A stretch of DNA of 64,000 bases from Rubripirellula sp. (GTDB lineage: Bacteria > Planctomycetota > Planctomycetia > Pirellulales > Pirellulaceae): assembly GCA_965216875.1 (NCBI GenBank), contig OZ244207.1, positions 3,776,001 through 3,840,000 of the forward strand, in the 5' to 3' direction. Shown in pieces: positions 41,340-54,258 of the stretch. Each line of letters begins with the position of its first letter. The stretch's first letter is position 1. A program made the translations under genes and the position numbers. The notes beneath the pieces are model-generated. The model saw only the letters and a list, made by a program, of their open reading frames with translations, did not search any database and was not told where the DNA came from.

Positions 41340-42608
41340 ATGAGTCAACCGAAGCGACACAGAATCCTTGCAAGGATTTCGATCACGGCGATCGCCTTTG
41401 TGGTGATCCCGCTGTCGACTCTCGCTCAGACTCCGCCACAGCCATCCCCCACCGAGCTCCCCAAAAGCGATTCCCCAACCCAGCCGCAAGTTGCCCCCCC
41501 AACCGATCGTTCCAAGCCATCAGCCGAAGCCCACCCCACGGCGACCGATGAAGAAATCGAGCAGTGGATCGAAGAGCTTGGCTCGAGTGCGTTTGCCGAT
41601 CGCGAGCGTGCCGCGAGCCGCTTGAGCGAACTGGGGCAAGCCATCATTCCTCGGCTAACCGAACTTGGAAAAGAGCATCATGATCCCGAGGTTCGGATCC
41701 GCGCAAACAAGATCGTTCGTCAGCTGACCGCAGGTGATTTGAACCGTCGCATCGAAGCCTTTCTCTCCGGCAAGGACGTTGGCTTCGAAGGGTGGGACAC
41801 GATCTCGTCCATCTTTGGCGACTCGAATTCGGTACGTGAGATGTTTGTCGAACTGGTGCAAGTTTATCCCGACTTGACCGTCGCCCTCGATGGAACCTCG
41901 CGCGACCGCGCAATGGCGCTCGAGCGTGCCATTGTAACCGTTCGCCAAAAGATGACCCGAGACTTCCCGAGCGTCGCCGACACGATCGCCCTGCTGTTGC
42001 CATCGAGTGACCCCGCCGTTCCACTCAACAACGGTTTCGACGATCTGATGCTGAGCGTGCTGTACAAACCGGCGATCGGAAAGATGTATCGAGACCCCAA
42101 CATGGCGACGCCAACCAAAGTCTTGGTGGGACGTTGGCTGCCTCGCAGCAAACTGAAGAATCGCGAAGAGATTCTGATGTACGGCATGACCAACTCGAAT
42201 CGATACACCTATGACTTGGCGATCAAAACGTTCGAAGAATCGGACGACGCGATGATCCTTGCCTCCGCAATCCAGGCCGTCACCGTTTTTGGCGACGAAG
42301 ACGATGCGGAACGATTGGCCGACTATTTAGACGATGATCGCGTCGTTTCTGAGAACGGTTTCTACAACGGCAAACCACTTCGCGTGGAACTCGGCGACGC
42401 GGCGATGGCTGCGATCGCGCGGCTTCACGATATGTCGCTCAAGCAAGTTGGCTTTCCAACCGAATCGGTCGACGAGCGGTTTGGCTTCGCGCTCAACGAA
42501 ACGGGCTTCATCGTCGGCGACGACGAAAGCCGATCGGCGGCAAGAAAGAAAATCGAAATGTTGGTTCGACCAACCTTTCCAATCGAACCGTTCGACCCGG
42601 TTCAATAA
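41340..42608 (+). CDS. Secreted HEAT-repeat-like hypothetical protein
   Basis: Signal peptide, Pro-rich linker, IEELGSSAFADRERAASRL..DPEVRIRA. Confidence 0.78.
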   Translation: MSQPKRHRILARISITAIAFVVIPLSTLAQTPPQPSPTELPKSDSPTQPQVAPPTDRSKPSAEAHPTATDEEIEQWIEELGSSAFADRERAASRLSELGQAIIPRLTELGKEHHDPEVRIRANKIVRQLTAGDLNRRIEAFLSGKDVGFEGWDTISSIFGDSNSVREMFVELVQVYPDLTVALDGTSRDRAMALERAIVTVRQKMTRDFPSVADTIALLLPSSDPAVPLNNGFDDLMLSVLYKPAIGKMYRDPNMATPTKVLVGRWLPRSKLKNREEILMYGMTNSNRYTYDLAIKTFEESDDAMILASAIQAVTVFGDEDDAERLADYLDDDRVVSENGFYNGKPLRVELGDAAMAAIARLHDMSLKQVGFPTESVDERFGFALNETGFIVGDDESRSAARKKIEMLVRPTFPIEPFDPVQ

Positions 42609-42619
42609 CCCGCAACCCT

Positions 42620-42737
42620 TCGTAGTCCCCATCTTCGTAGTGGACGAGGCAACGAGTCCCATGAGCGAATGAAAACCGAGGGACTCGTGGCCTCGTCCAC
42701 TACGAAAATTGTTGGACTCGTGGCCTCGTCCACTACG
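42620..42737. repeat. REP cluster (CGTAGTGGACGAGGC family, mixed orientation)
   Basis: One forward and two inverted copies; last copy overlaps the glycosyltransferase stop. Confidence 0.85.
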
Positions 42738-43830
42738 GGTCGTTCTGCTCCACGGCCGCTTTCAACACTCGCTCGTAGGCGCGGACCATCGCGTTCCAGC
42801 CGAACATCTCGGTGACGCCGACGGCATTGCGTCCGAGTCTTTGCCGCAGATCAATATCGCGGATCAATCGCTCGATCCCCAATCCAAGTGCTTCGGTATC
42901 GTTCTCGACAAGCAGACCGTTGTAGTCGTCTTCGACAATGCACCTTGGCCCACTGTCACAGTCGACCGCAATCGCCGGTGCTCCCGTTGCCATCGCCTCC
43001 ATCAGCGCTGACGGAAATCCTTCGTAACGACTGGGCAGTGCGAAGATGCCGGCTTTGAAAAGTTCGGGCCAAATCGGTTTCACCCAACCAGGCATCGAAA
43101 CGCGATGGTCGATGTCGTAGTCTCGAGCAAGCTCTTCCAATTCGCCGCGCCGAGATCCCTCGCCGAGGATCTTCAGCCTCCAATCGGACGCATCATCCGC
43201 GACCATCGCGAAGGCTCGAATCAAACGATCAAATCCCTTTTCGTGCTCGAGCCTGCCGACGCCCACGATCGTTTTTTGACGTTCATCCTCAACGCCAAAC
43301 TCTTGCGGCGGCGTTTCCACCGCCGACGGAATCACCACAATCGGATCACGGTGCAGTGGCTGTAGCGCGCGGGCGGCTCCGTCGGTCTGCGCGATGATCG
43401 ACGTTGCTTTGGGGTAGGTCTGGCGGCGCCGCAATTCCCACAGCCGACCGAGTTTTTGTTGACTTGGGTCGCTGCGTTCGGAAATCACGATTGGAACGTT
43501 CGATGCGGCCAACGCGGTCAACACCAAAATGTTCGTGCGATCACAGAACGAAAGAATCGCATCGGGACCGATTTTGTCGACCGCTTTTCGAAGCGCATCG
43601 ACACGGGCGCGCGTGTTTTGCACGCGCTGTAGCAACGACCGACTTTCGCGCATCACGTCAAGCGGCAACCGCTCGACACGGGCATCAACAGAGTGCCGAT
43701 CGCCACTGGCATCATCAAGCGTAACGAGCGTGACTTGGTGCCCACCGCACGCCAAGCGCGAGCAGAGTCCAGCCATGACTCGCTCGGCTCCTCCTCCGTC
43801 AAGTGAGTGAATGATGGCTGCGATGTTCAC
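42733..43830 (-). CDS. Glycosyltransferase family 4
   Basis: GGGAERV, VGRLEHEKG, PSRYEGFPSALMEAMA. Confidence 0.92.
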   Translation of the reverse strand: MNIAAIIHSLDGGGAERVMAGLCSRLACGGHQVTLVTLDDASGDRHSVDARVERLPLDVMRESRSLLQRVQNTRARVDALRKAVDKIGPDAILSFCDRTNILVLTALAASNVPIVISERSDPSQQKLGRLWELRRRQTYPKATSIIAQTDGAARALQPLHRDPIVVIPSAVETPPQEFGVEDERQKTIVGVGRLEHEKGFDRLIRAFAMVADDASDWRLKILGEGSRRGELEELARDYDIDHRVSMPGWVKPIWPELFKAGIFALPSRYEGFPSALMEAMATGAPAIAVDCDSGPRCIVEDDYNGLLVENDTEALGLGIERLIRDIDLRQRLGRNAVGVTEMFGWNAMVRAYERVLKAAVEQNDP

Positions 43831-44025
43831 GTTCGAGAAGGCTGTTTTGAGGGTGGGGTAATGACGGTTGTTTCGGTTGTACTATCGATGCTGAGACACG
43901 GGAAATATCGAATTTCAATGGTTGAAAGGGGGCGAGAATGCGACTAGCGTAGGTTCAGGGCACGGGGGTGATCGCCAACGACCCCATGACACCCCGGACA
44001 AACCGTACCATCTGAGCCAGTTTCA

Positions 44026-44457
44026 ATGAAAAAGCTTCTTTTGGCTTCCCTTTTCGCGCTCGCCGCGTCAATCGTAATGTCTGACACCGCATCGGCCCAA
44101 CAGCCGTTTGGCTACGGTGTTTTGCCATATGGATTCTATCAGCCATACGGTGCTCGCTACGGCACAAGCCTTCGCACACCACCCTATTTTGCGACCAACC
44201 CACCCGTGTACTACGGGTCACGTCACTCGCGCCCCTACGGCATCAGCCCCTTCGCTTCGTTGCCACAAGTTGCACCGTCGGGCGACTACAAAAGTCGTTT
44301 GCGTGTGCAGTTTGACCAGCCTGCTGTGCCCACGCCAGCACCCTCATGCAACCCTTGCGTGCACCACTCCACCGTGGTCAAACCCAAGGTCGTTGCCAAA
44401 GGGCCGGTTCGCGTGAACCCATTCGTTCAAGACGTCGAACGAGTCGCCAAAAAGTAA
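44026..44457 (+). CDS. Secreted Tyr/Pro/Gly-rich hypothetical protein
   Basis: Clear signal peptide (ASA-Q); PPYFATNPPVYY. Confidence 0.8.
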   Translation: MKKLLLASLFALAASIVMSDTASAQQPFGYGVLPYGFYQPYGARYGTSLRTPPYFATNPPVYYGSRHSRPYGISPFASLPQVAPSGDYKSRLRVQFDQPAVPTPAPSCNPCVHHSTVVKPKVVAKGPVRVNPFVQDVERVAKK

Positions 44458-44483
44458 TTGGCGATTCCAATCGGACTCAACGA

Positions 44484-44517
44484 GAAACCTCCCCGATTTT
44501 CGGTGAGGTTTTTTTGT
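44484..44517 (+). terminator. Rho-independent terminator
   Basis: AAACCTC-CCGA-TTT-TCGG-GAGGTTT hairpin plus T-run. Confidence 0.75.
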
Positions 44518-44706
44518 GGCGCAGTCGAGGCAGTCGCCACTGTGAGCCGAACGCGCTAGCGTCGGGCCCTACGAGATTTAGAGGAGCGCGAGGCCCGACG
44601 CTAGCGCGTGCGGCTCACGGGTGAGGACGCGGAGCGCCCGACGAGTGCGTGACCACGCGGAGCGGGGTCACGAGAATAGGCCCGTCCCAACGGTGCGTGG
44701 ACAAGA

Positions 44707-45138
44707 CTAGCGCAGGTCGAGTTCGACGTCGCCTCGTTCCCAGGCGTCGACGAAGGTGGGCAGGCTTGGCAGCATATCGGCCGCCGTACGAATTTCGGCC
44801 CGATTCATCCAGTGCACTTCAGCAACCTCTTCGGGATTAGCGACCGGAATCACGGTCTCATCAAGCCCGGCAAGCCACCAAGCGAGGTTGGTTCCCCAGG
44901 GCGTGATGCTGCGCCAACAGAGCCGCACGGGATCGACATCGATCGCCAGTTCCTCCTGCATCTCGCGAACCAACGCTTCGTCTTCGCTCTCTCCATCCTC
45001 GATCGTCCCTCCCGGCAGGCAGAGTTTGCCGGGTGCGGTCACGGTCAGGGACCGACGGATGATCAGCAGTCGATCTTGGCGCAAAATGACGCCAACGACT
45101 CCGCGTTTGCGACGTGTTGAAGGCTTCGGTAGGTTCAT
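44707..45138 (-). CDS. NUDIX hydrolase
   Basis: Nudix box PGGTIEDGESEDEALVREMQEEL. Confidence 0.9.
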   Translation of the reverse strand: MNLPKPSTRRKRGVVGVILRQDRLLIIRRSLTVTAPGKLCLPGGTIEDGESEDEALVREMQEELAIDVDPVRLCWRSITPWGTNLAWWLAGLDETVIPVANPEEVAEVHWMNRAEIRTAADMLPSLPTFVDAWERGDVELDLR

Positions 45139-45207
45139 GGTCCGCTTTTATCCAAGATAGTCGCTGCCGACAATCTCATTCCGTCCTATTTCCGCGATTC
45201 GATCGTT

Positions 45208-46482
45208 GTGACAAACACTGGCGCTAGCCCAAACCACTACTTTGATTGCCCCGAAGCTCAAGAAGCATTGCGGGTCATTACGACGCTGCGCGAAGCAGGG
45301 TTCGTCGCCTATTTGGCGGGCGGTTGTGTGCGTGACGCCCTGCTTGGCCGAAAACCCAAAGACTACGACGTCGCAACCAACGCCACCCCCGAATCGGTTC
45401 GTGAAGTTTTCGGGCGCAAACGGACGCTGGCCTTCGGTGCCTCCTTTGGTGTCATCGGGGTATTGCCGCCGCTGCCCAAAGTTCGAGACAGCAACGAACC
45501 GACCATTGAGCCAACCGAAGTGGCGACCTTTCGAAGCGACGGCGACTACACCGACGGCCGCCGCCCCGATAGCGTTCACTTTGGCGAGGCCGAGCAGGAT
45601 GCGCTGCGCCGCGATTTCACGATCAATGGACTCTTCTTTGATCCAGCCGAAAACAAAGTGGTCGACTTCGTTGGTGGTCAAGACGATATCAAACGCGGCG
45701 TGCTACGGACGATCGGTAGAGCCGAAGCAAGAATCGACGAAGACAAACTGCGGATGTTACGCGCGGTCCGGTTTGCAACGTCGCTTGGTTTTTCAGTTGA
45801 CGATGCAACGATCACCGCGATCCGAAAACATGCAGATGAAATCTCCGTTGTCTCGGGCGAACGCATCGGCGCAGAAATGCGCCGCATCCTTGCGTCGGAA
45901 TTCGCCGATCAAGGTCTGCAACATCTTCGTTCCCTCGCGCTGGAACGAGTCGTCTTGCCTGAACTCGCAAACGCCGACTTGGACCGATTCGCAAAGATCC
46001 ATGCGGCAATCGAAACGCGCGGCTTTGTGGCAACGCTCGCAAGCCTGCTGATCACCATGCCCAGCCCGCTTGAGCGTCTTCCCGAAATCACTCAGCGATG
46101 GAAACTCAGCAACGAAGAAGTTCGTCAATCAACAGCAGCCATCAAGTCTTTTGAACTGCTCTGCGATGCCGACCAAAGGCCATGGTGTGAAGTGCAGCCG
46201 ATCCTGATTGACCGCGACATCGAAACATCACTGGTCGTCGCCAGCGCGATCGCGATGGCCGATGGTCTCTCCACCGCCGGTGTCGAGGTTGCTCGCGACG
46301 CTCTCGCCTGGCCAACCGAAAAGCTCAATCCCCCCTTCTTGTTGACGGGGGATGACCTGCGCGAGATCGGTGTTCCGCCCGGCCCACAGTACCGAACGAT
46401 TCTCGAGCAGATTCGCGATGCCCAGCTCAACGAAAAGATCGCCTCGCGGGAAGAGGCGATCCAGCTGGTCAAGACTTTGTGA
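45208..46482 (+). CDS. cca: CCA tRNA nucleotidyltransferase / poly(A) polymerase family
   Basis: AGGCVRDALLG..DYDVAT, EVATFR, DALRRDFTING, EDKLRMLRAVRF. Confidence 0.88.
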   Translation: MTNTGASPNHYFDCPEAQEALRVITTLREAGFVAYLAGGCVRDALLGRKPKDYDVATNATPESVREVFGRKRTLAFGASFGVIGVLPPLPKVRDSNEPTIEPTEVATFRSDGDYTDGRRPDSVHFGEAEQDALRRDFTINGLFFDPAENKVVDFVGGQDDIKRGVLRTIGRAEARIDEDKLRMLRAVRFATSLGFSVDDATITAIRKHADEISVVSGERIGAEMRRILASEFADQGLQHLRSLALERVVLPELANADLDRFAKIHAAIETRGFVATLASLLITMPSPLERLPEITQRWKLSNEEVRQSTAAIKSFELLCDADQRPWCEVQPILIDRDIETSLVVASAIAMADGLSTAGVEVARDALAWPTEKLNPPFLLTGDDLREIGVPPGPQYRTILEQIRDAQLNEKIASREEAIQLVKTL

Positions 46483-46576
46483 GCCAAGCGTGCAAGAGAC
46501 GGGCCTTACACATCGGATACCAACCCGACCAAGAACCGACGCTGGCGCGTTTGGCTCGCTGGGCTCGCGACGTACG

Positions 46577-47587
46577 CTAGCGTCGTGTGTTCGATTTGCG
46601 AACCGCGACTTGTCCCTTGGGCCGCAGCACGTAAACCTTGGGGTCGTCGACCACAAACGCGGTGCTCCAGCGACGTCCGTCATCGGCACTGCAGACGTTG
46701 TAAAAGAAGGTGCGGAAGCGTTCGCAGCGGTAGTCGTAGGGGAATTGGCTGGTGATGTAATCGTCTTGGGTCAGATCATCTACACCAGGTGACGCATAGT
46801 AGTGCACCATTCCATCGGGAGTGACGCTCATTCCCAAAGTCCACCAACCAGTGGTTGTGATTTGCGGACCCTTGAAGTCGCCGCCGCGACGATTGCTGCG
46901 GATACGAAGGTAGGCATAGTCGTGCTCGCGACGAGTTTGCCCCTTGTTCTCGAATTCGATGAACATGCCGGGCCAGTAGACTTCGTTGCCCATTTCGCGC
47001 GTGGTGCGTTTGAAAATGCCGACGCCAGATTCTTTATCAACCATCGCCGTCGTCTCAAGCGCCAGACGGAATCCAAAGTGAGGACCGCTGCGGTTTTCCC
47101 ATTCATCGACCGGTGGCAGAAAGACCCGCGTGGTGACACTCGGAACTTCTGAAACATCGAGCCGTCTTTTCAAACGATATTGAACGTTGGCGACGAAATC
47201 GTCCTGGTGCATCTTTCCACTCGGACGCCCAGGCAATCCGGTGAACTTGGATTTCAGAAGCAGTGCGCCAGTGCTTCCAGGCAGTCCGCCGGCCGGTGTC
47301 TCAACGCGTTTGACAATGTCGGGATGGCCACGCTTGATGCCTTCGTACCAACGACCGTTCAAGCTGCGGCCCATTGGCCCTCGTTGGTTTTCATCAATGT
47401 CCTCGGTGCTCTTCGGATCGCGAGGGGTGTAACCCCAATTGGGATCCTCGAAATCATCCGCAACGCCAATGATCTCTGAGCCGGTCCCAGGAACGACAGC
47501 TCGCTGGGCATTAACGTTATTGGATGTGAGTCCACTGATGACGACCATCGCTGCCGTCGCGATGAACCGCTGAAGTGAAATGCGCAT
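46577..47587 (-). CDS. Secreted hypothetical protein
   Basis: Signal peptide (VNA-Q); aromatic-rich beta domain. Confidence 0.78.
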   Translation of the reverse strand: MRISLQRFIATAAMVVISGLTSNNVNAQRAVVPGTGSEIIGVADDFEDPNWGYTPRDPKSTEDIDENQRGPMGRSLNGRWYEGIKRGHPDIVKRVETPAGGLPGSTGALLLKSKFTGLPGRPSGKMHQDDFVANVQYRLKRRLDVSEVPSVTTRVFLPPVDEWENRSGPHFGFRLALETTAMVDKESGVGIFKRTTREMGNEVYWPGMFIEFENKGQTRREHDYAYLRIRSNRRGGDFKGPQITTTGWWTLGMSVTPDGMVHYYASPGVDDLTQDDYITSQFPYDYRCERFRTFFYNVCSADDGRRWSTAFVVDDPKVYVLRPKGQVAVRKSNTRR

Positions 47588-47874
47588 GATTCGACCTGTA
47601 ATCCCCATCGGTCGGCGATCACGAGCAGACGCTGAGCCTGCCGGCGCGGACCGGAATGATTATCGTTCCACCGAAACAGATTTTTTGTGGAGATCGACCG
47701 CGCCACGGTGCCATTGAATCGGGCCAAGTGGTTTCGCACTTGGCCCTCGGGGCACCGAGATAGCGCATTCGTCCTCCGCCCTCCACCGGAATGATCGGCA
47801 TATTCGTTACAGACCTCCACAAAAAAGCGGAGCATCGCTCAGGCGGAACGGGGCAAGCGAAAACGAACGGCTCC

Positions 47875-47953
47875 CGTAGCTACCTTCGCCAGAAGGTGGT
47901 TCCGACCGGCCAGACGCTCGCAACCACACCACGCTCTGGCGAGCGTAGCTACC
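47875..47953. repeat. Inverted REP pair (CGTAGCTAC family)
   Basis: Same pair as at 600 and 21696. Confidence 0.85.
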
Positions 47954-47975
47954 GCTAAAAAGTGCCCACAGACCA

Positions 47976-48602
47976 CTAGAGCGACGGGCGGACAGCCGCG
48001 AGCATGTCGGCCGTGACCGAATCGACTGCCTGATCCGCGTTGATCACACAGGTTTGGTCGCTGCTGCCAGAGAGGTTGTCTTTGAACGCCTGGCGGACTT
48101 GCTCCATATAGTCAACGCCTCGCGACTCCATCCGGTCGGCTGGCCGATCGAGGCGGGCAAACGCCTTTTCGGCCGGCATGTCGAGCAGAATGGTCAGGTC
48201 TGGCCGCAGGCCTCGGTTGGCGAGCTGTCCCAACTGCCACAGTTGATCGGCATCCACTTCGCCACCGATGCTTTGATACACGACATTGGCAAGCAGGAAG
48301 CGATCGGAGACGATCGTTTTGCCCTCGGCCAGCGCCGGGCGAATCACCGATTCAATCAACTCGCAGCGGCTTGCCATGAACAACATCGCTTCGGTGCGGC
48401 GATGCATCTGTAAGTCGCTGTCCAACAACAACGCCCGCAGCTCTTTTCCGACGGCGGTACCCCCAGGATCTTGAACCTGAAGCACGTCGCGACCGTGCTC
48501 GTTCAAGCAATCGATCAATCGAGCGATCTGGGTCGACTTTCCAACGCCGTCGATTCCGTCAACAGTAATGAATCGCAGCGCAGCGTCGTCTTGATGGGTC
48601 AT
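47976..48602 (-). CDS. tmk: Thymidylate kinase
   Basis: FITVDGIDGVGKSTQ, EAMLFMASR, DRF, PDLTILLD. Confidence 0.92.
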   Translation of the reverse strand: MTHQDDAALRFITVDGIDGVGKSTQIARLIDCLNEHGRDVLQVQDPGGTAVGKELRALLLDSDLQMHRRTEAMLFMASRCELIESVIRPALAEGKTIVSDRFLLANVVYQSIGGEVDADQLWQLGQLANRGLRPDLTILLDMPAEKAFARLDRPADRMESRGVDYMEQVRQAFKDNLSGSSDQTCVINADQAVDSVTADMLAAVRPSL

Positions 48603-49153
48603 CGGGCGGGAAGGTTGGAGTATTGATCGGGTCCACCCGTTACGGGCTGGTGCCGATAATCGACGACAACCCACTTTTCGTCAACCTTGTGAAACTTGAG
48701 TTCCAGTCGCCTGAGCACTCGCTGGTTGACCAATCGGCCGACGCTGACGTTCACTTTCGCGCTCATGTCCACCAAGATCTCGGGGGGATAACTTCCTTCG
48801 ACAACCTTGATGCTGCGAATCTGGTTGACCCGGGCGAGATCAAAACGCAAACGCGGCAACTCCGATTTTGCCATCTGCAACGCACGGGGTTCGGCGATCA
48901 CCTCATAGACCTCGTCGAACCGATTGTTTTCGATGTGCTCGGCGGTCTCGTAGATCACGCGCGTGACGGCTTCGCGATCCGTTTCCCAACTGCTTGCCAC
49001 CAACCAAGCCACTGGAATCAACGCGACCGCGAACAACCCCACTCCACCCGCTTCGCGTTTCCCCGTCTGCAACCATCCGTAGATAGCGATCGCCGCAACA
49101 GACCCGAGCAGAACAGTCACGACCATCGGTTTTTCGGCGAGCAGTTCGAACAT
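48599..49153 (-). CDS. Membrane protein with two TM helices and a NTF2-like C-terminal domain
   Basis: Hydrophobic N-terminus; ATGA overlap with tmk. Confidence 0.7.
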   Translation of the reverse strand: MFELLAEKPMVVTVLLGSVAAIAIYGWLQTGKREAGGVGLFAVALIPVAWLVASSWETDREAVTRVIYETAEHIENNRFDEVYEVIAEPRALQMAKSELPRLRFDLARVNQIRSIKVVEGSYPPEILVDMSAKVNVSVGRLVNQRVLRRLELKFHKVDEKWVVVDYRHQPVTGGPDQYSNLPAR

Positions 49154-49342
49154 CAGCGTCTCGCAAAGAAGAGAAGTAAGGGGCGATTCACTTGTTGTCG
49201 TTACGTCCACTTCCGTCTAATCGTTCGACGAAGACTCGTGGAAAAGAAAGATGAACGCGGCCGGAGTCATTCTTGCACAAAAAAACGGATTCCCGCCGAG
49301 AACGCGGAAACCCGTTTGTGCGATAACGTTGCGTCGTAAGCG

Positions 49343-50841
<1,499 letters not shown>

Positions 50842-51067
50842 TCAGCCGACATAATGGCCGGCTTCGGTGTCCGACAGGCGGACTCGCAAAGCTGGCGGAC
50901 TTTGGGGCGGACTTCGGAACCACCTCCTGGTCCGGCTCCTGGCCCGACTTGAGGACGACTCCCGAGCCGACCACCCCAACACGCCGCCTGGGTGCCTTCA
51001 GCCACCCTTAGGCCGCTGATCGCGTACCAGACCTTCGCTCGTTTCCTCAAACAACCCATCACACCCT

Positions 51068-51697
51068 ATGTTCACTGGCTTGGTCGAAACCATCGGCCGC
51101 ATCGTTGAAATTGCGGACGAGCCCCCCGGCAAGCGATTCACGATCGATGCAAAAGCGTTCCAAGATGACAATGTCGCGATTGGTGACAGCATTTCGATCA
51201 ATGGCTGCTGCCTGACCGTCGTCAAGATTTCAGCCGATGGCCAACACCTCGATTTTGAAGCCGGTGAAGAGACGCTTTCACGCACCAATCTTGGCGAGCT
51301 TGAAATCGAGTCGCCCGTCAATCTCGAGCGTGCTCTGGCCCACGGCGATCGACTCGGCGGTCATTACGTCTCGGGCCACATCGATGACCTGGGCGTTGTG
51401 CTCTCTCGAGAAGACGATCCACCATGGTCGAACTTTCGATTCCAAGTTCCCGGTCGCCTCGCGTCTCAGATCGCCGCCAAGGGAAGCATCGCCGTCGATG
51501 GGATCAGTTTGACGGTGGTCGATGCCGACAAAGACTCGTTTTCGGTTGCCCTGATTCCACACACCTTGGATGCCACGACTTTGGGCTGGCGAAAAGTGGG
51601 CGATCGAGTCAACCTGGAAACGGACATCCTAGCCAAATACGTGCAGCGTAGTTTGGCCTTTGTCGATGACGACGCGCCCAAGTTGCCCGGTTCGTAA
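51068..51697 (+). CDS. ribE: Riboflavin synthase alpha chain
   Basis: [48 protein letters not shown]. Confidence 0.95.
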   Translation: MFTGLVETIGRIVEIADEPPGKRFTIDAKAFQDDNVAIGDSISINGCCLTVVKISADGQHLDFEAGEETLSRTNLGELEIESPVNLERALAHGDRLGGHYVSGHIDDLGVVLSREDDPPWSNFRFQVPGRLASQIAAKGSIAVDGISLTVVDADKDSFSVALIPHTLDATTLGWRKVGDRVNLETDILAKYVQRSLAFVDDDAPKLPGS

Positions 51698-51782
51698 CCC
51701 CGTGTTGATCGCGAGCTTGCGATTCGGCTCTCTCCCCAAGCTGAAACAAACCACCTTCAACCCCAACTCCAAAAACCGTCGA

Positions 51783-52685
51783 TTGAACCAACCACGCCAA
51801 ACCGCGTCGTACCTCTCCAAGCGACTTGCCGCCGCAGGCCTGCGTCCTGTCTCACGCTACGGCCAGAACTTCTTGATCGATTTGAACCTCGTCGACTTGA
51901 TTGCCAAGAGTGCCGAACTTGAAAAGCACGATGTGGTGCTGGAGATCGGCACGGGTGTTGGTTCGCTGACCAGTCGCTTGTCCGATCAAGCCGGCGCCGT
52001 CCTCTCAGTCGAAATCGACACGAACCTGCATCAACTTGCCAGTGAAGAGTTGGCGGGACGACCGAACGTCAAATTGATTCATGGCGATGCATTGCGCAAC
52101 AAGAACTCGCTGCGTGACGACCTGATGGATCAGATTCGCGATGCGCTTGGCCGTATCGGTGGCGAGCCTCGGTTCATGTTGGTCGCCAACCTACCTTACA
52201 ACGTTGCTACGCCCATCATCAGTAACTTGCTGCGTGAATCACCTGCACCTGACCGAATGGTCGTCACCATTCAAAAGGAACTCGGGGATCGCATCACCGC
52301 AACACCGGGCAGCAAAGACTATGGCGCCCTCAGTGTTTGGGTCCAATCACTTTGCAACGCGGAAGTCGTGCGAGTGTTGCCGCCAACCGTCTTCTGGCCT
52401 CGCCCCAAAGTCCATTCATCGATTCTCCGGCTCGATTTCTCACAAGAGCTTCGCGACAAGATTCCTGATCTCGAGTACTTTCACCAAACCGTTCGCGCAC
52501 TCTTTTTCCACCGCCGTAAGTTTCTGCGCAGCGTCGTGATCAGTGCGATGAAAGGCAAGCTCGACAAAACGAGAGTCGACGAAATCCTGGAACAACTCGG
52601 ACATGATGCATCAGCGCGCGTCGAGCAACTGACAGTCGAACAGATCCAAACACTCGTCGAAGCATTACGCGTCGCCGAAGCGTAA
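51783..52685 (+). CDS. rsmA: 16S rRNA m6,2A dimethyltransferase (probable TTG start)
   Basis: [37 protein letters not shown]. Confidence 0.93.
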   Translation: MNQPRQTASYLSKRLAAAGLRPVSRYGQNFLIDLNLVDLIAKSAELEKHDVVLEIGTGVGSLTSRLSDQAGAVLSVEIDTNLHQLASEELAGRPNVKLIHGDALRNKNSLRDDLMDQIRDALGRIGGEPRFMLVANLPYNVATPIISNLLRESPAPDRMVVTIQKELGDRITATPGSKDYGALSVWVQSLCNAEVVRVLPPTVFWPRPKVHSSILRLDFSQELRDKIPDLEYFHQTVRALFFHRRKFLRSVVISAMKGKLDKTRVDEILEQLGHDASARVEQLTVEQIQTLVEALRVAEA

Positions 52686-52790
52686 GGGTGCTTGCACGCG
52701 TGACAGATTCGAATTGGTGCGTGCAAGCACACACCCTACGGAATTGCACGTGCTCGAATCAGTAGGGTGTGTGCTTGCACGCACCAACCC
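52682..52790. repeat. REP cluster GTAGGGTGTGTGCTTGCACGCACC
   Basis: Three copies in alternating orientation; related copy at about 6474-6493. Confidence 0.8.
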
Positions 52791-52819
52791 CGAGACGAAA
52801 GCGAGTTCTCTCACACACC

Positions 52820-53911
52820 CTACTTGGTCGTGACGATGATCGCGGTCTCAGTCCAGGTTGCGGTCACACCGCCGCGTGTTGCAACTTGGTCGACGAGTTG
52901 ACGCAGCGTTTGGTCGGTCGCTTCGAGGGTGATGACCTTCTCACAAGCTTCGATTGCTGCGGGATCGATTTTGCAGTGCCGTCCTGCGGTGAGTGCAAAC
53001 TTGGTCAACAGGTCACCGACCCTAGCTTCGGTCGGCTTAAGCGAGAAGACTTGATTCGCATTGGCCGCTACCCGTGCGTCAGCCTTGAGCAATTCGGCGA
53101 CTGCGGCGCGGTGTGCCGACAGGCTGCCACTGGCGACGGTCCATCCATTGCTCAGTCGAACGCGACTGGTGCGATCAACATTTCGCATTGCCCCGTCGAG
53201 TTGGTTCTTCGCAGCGGCCGGATAGCGACGCGTGACGCTCGCTGGAAGTGTCGCGGCAATGGGCCTGGCGGGAGATGTACCGGGACGCAAGTCAAACTGA
53301 GCCAACACCAACGCGTTTGCGACGCGCCGGTCGATCTTCTGCCAATGAACCGCTGGCCAAAGATCATGAGGCAGCGCCGGCCCCGTTGCTGCGCCCCCAT
53401 CCGCAATCACCTGATACGCCTCGCGCGGCGTCGTCAATGGATCCCACTGCACGTCAATCTTTGCTGCGGCACTGCGCCGCGTCGAAATTGCGATCAGAGA
53501 AGCGGCGGTCGTATCGACCCATTGGGGACGACCAACCAACACAACCTCTGACACCGCCATGACGACACAGCCGTTTGCTTCTGCGATCTTCCTGATTGCT
53601 TGATAGACGGTCGGCCCAACCGGCCCGAGGTCAATTGGGGAAGTGGGGTCAACTTTGCGGTCAAACCAAAGGTTCAGCTGAACTTGGCCAGCGATCGACT
53701 GCAACGCTTCACGCAGCGGCTTGCCATCCTGGATGGAGGTCAATGGAGTGGACAGCTGAGCAAAAAAACGATCCTTTCCAGAAAAATCGTCCGCGGCCGA
53801 CGGCGAGACCGATGCGGTCGCCAAGAGGCACAATGCCAGCATCAGGTACTGCCGGATTCCCCGCCGTTGCTGCTGGCGACGTCGCTGGAGAGAGTCGACC
53901 ATGAGACCCAT
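52820..53911 (-). CDS. Secreted hypothetical protein with STN-like domains
   Basis: Signal peptide; PLREALQSIA..LWFDRKVDP and TLRQLVDQV repeats. Confidence 0.7.
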   Translation of the reverse strand: MGLMVDSLQRRRQQQRRGIRQYLMLALCLLATASVSPSAADDFSGKDRFFAQLSTPLTSIQDGKPLREALQSIAGQVQLNLWFDRKVDPTSPIDLGPVGPTVYQAIRKIAEANGCVVMAVSEVVLVGRPQWVDTTAASLIAISTRRSAAAKIDVQWDPLTTPREAYQVIADGGAATGPALPHDLWPAVHWQKIDRRVANALVLAQFDLRPGTSPARPIAATLPASVTRRYPAAAKNQLDGAMRNVDRTSRVRLSNGWTVASGSLSAHRAAVAELLKADARVAANANQVFSLKPTEARVGDLLTKFALTAGRHCKIDPAAIEACEKVITLEATDQTLRQLVDQVATRGGVTATWTETAIIVTTK

Positions 53912-54258
53912 AAAAAACGCCTAAAAAGCTCTGAGTCGGCCGATGATCGGCGATCAGAGGGATGGTGGATGGGAAAGGTGATTGACGACCGGATGAGGCG
54001 ATTTTGCCCATTGCTTGTGGCTATCGAGCCATGCAATTAGACTCGCTCATTATAGATCACGTGGGGCACACTTCGGACCGGTTGACTGGTCCCACGGTTG
54101 CCCACGCTCGAATGCTGCATACCATGCTCGGAAAAGTTGCCGCGATCACTCAACAACATCGCGGTTCCTTTGCCGGCAACACAACATCAAGTCGAATCAA
54201 CTTTGACATTTGAACCGTGATTGCGACGGCGGCTTGAGACCCAAATCATGGAATACCA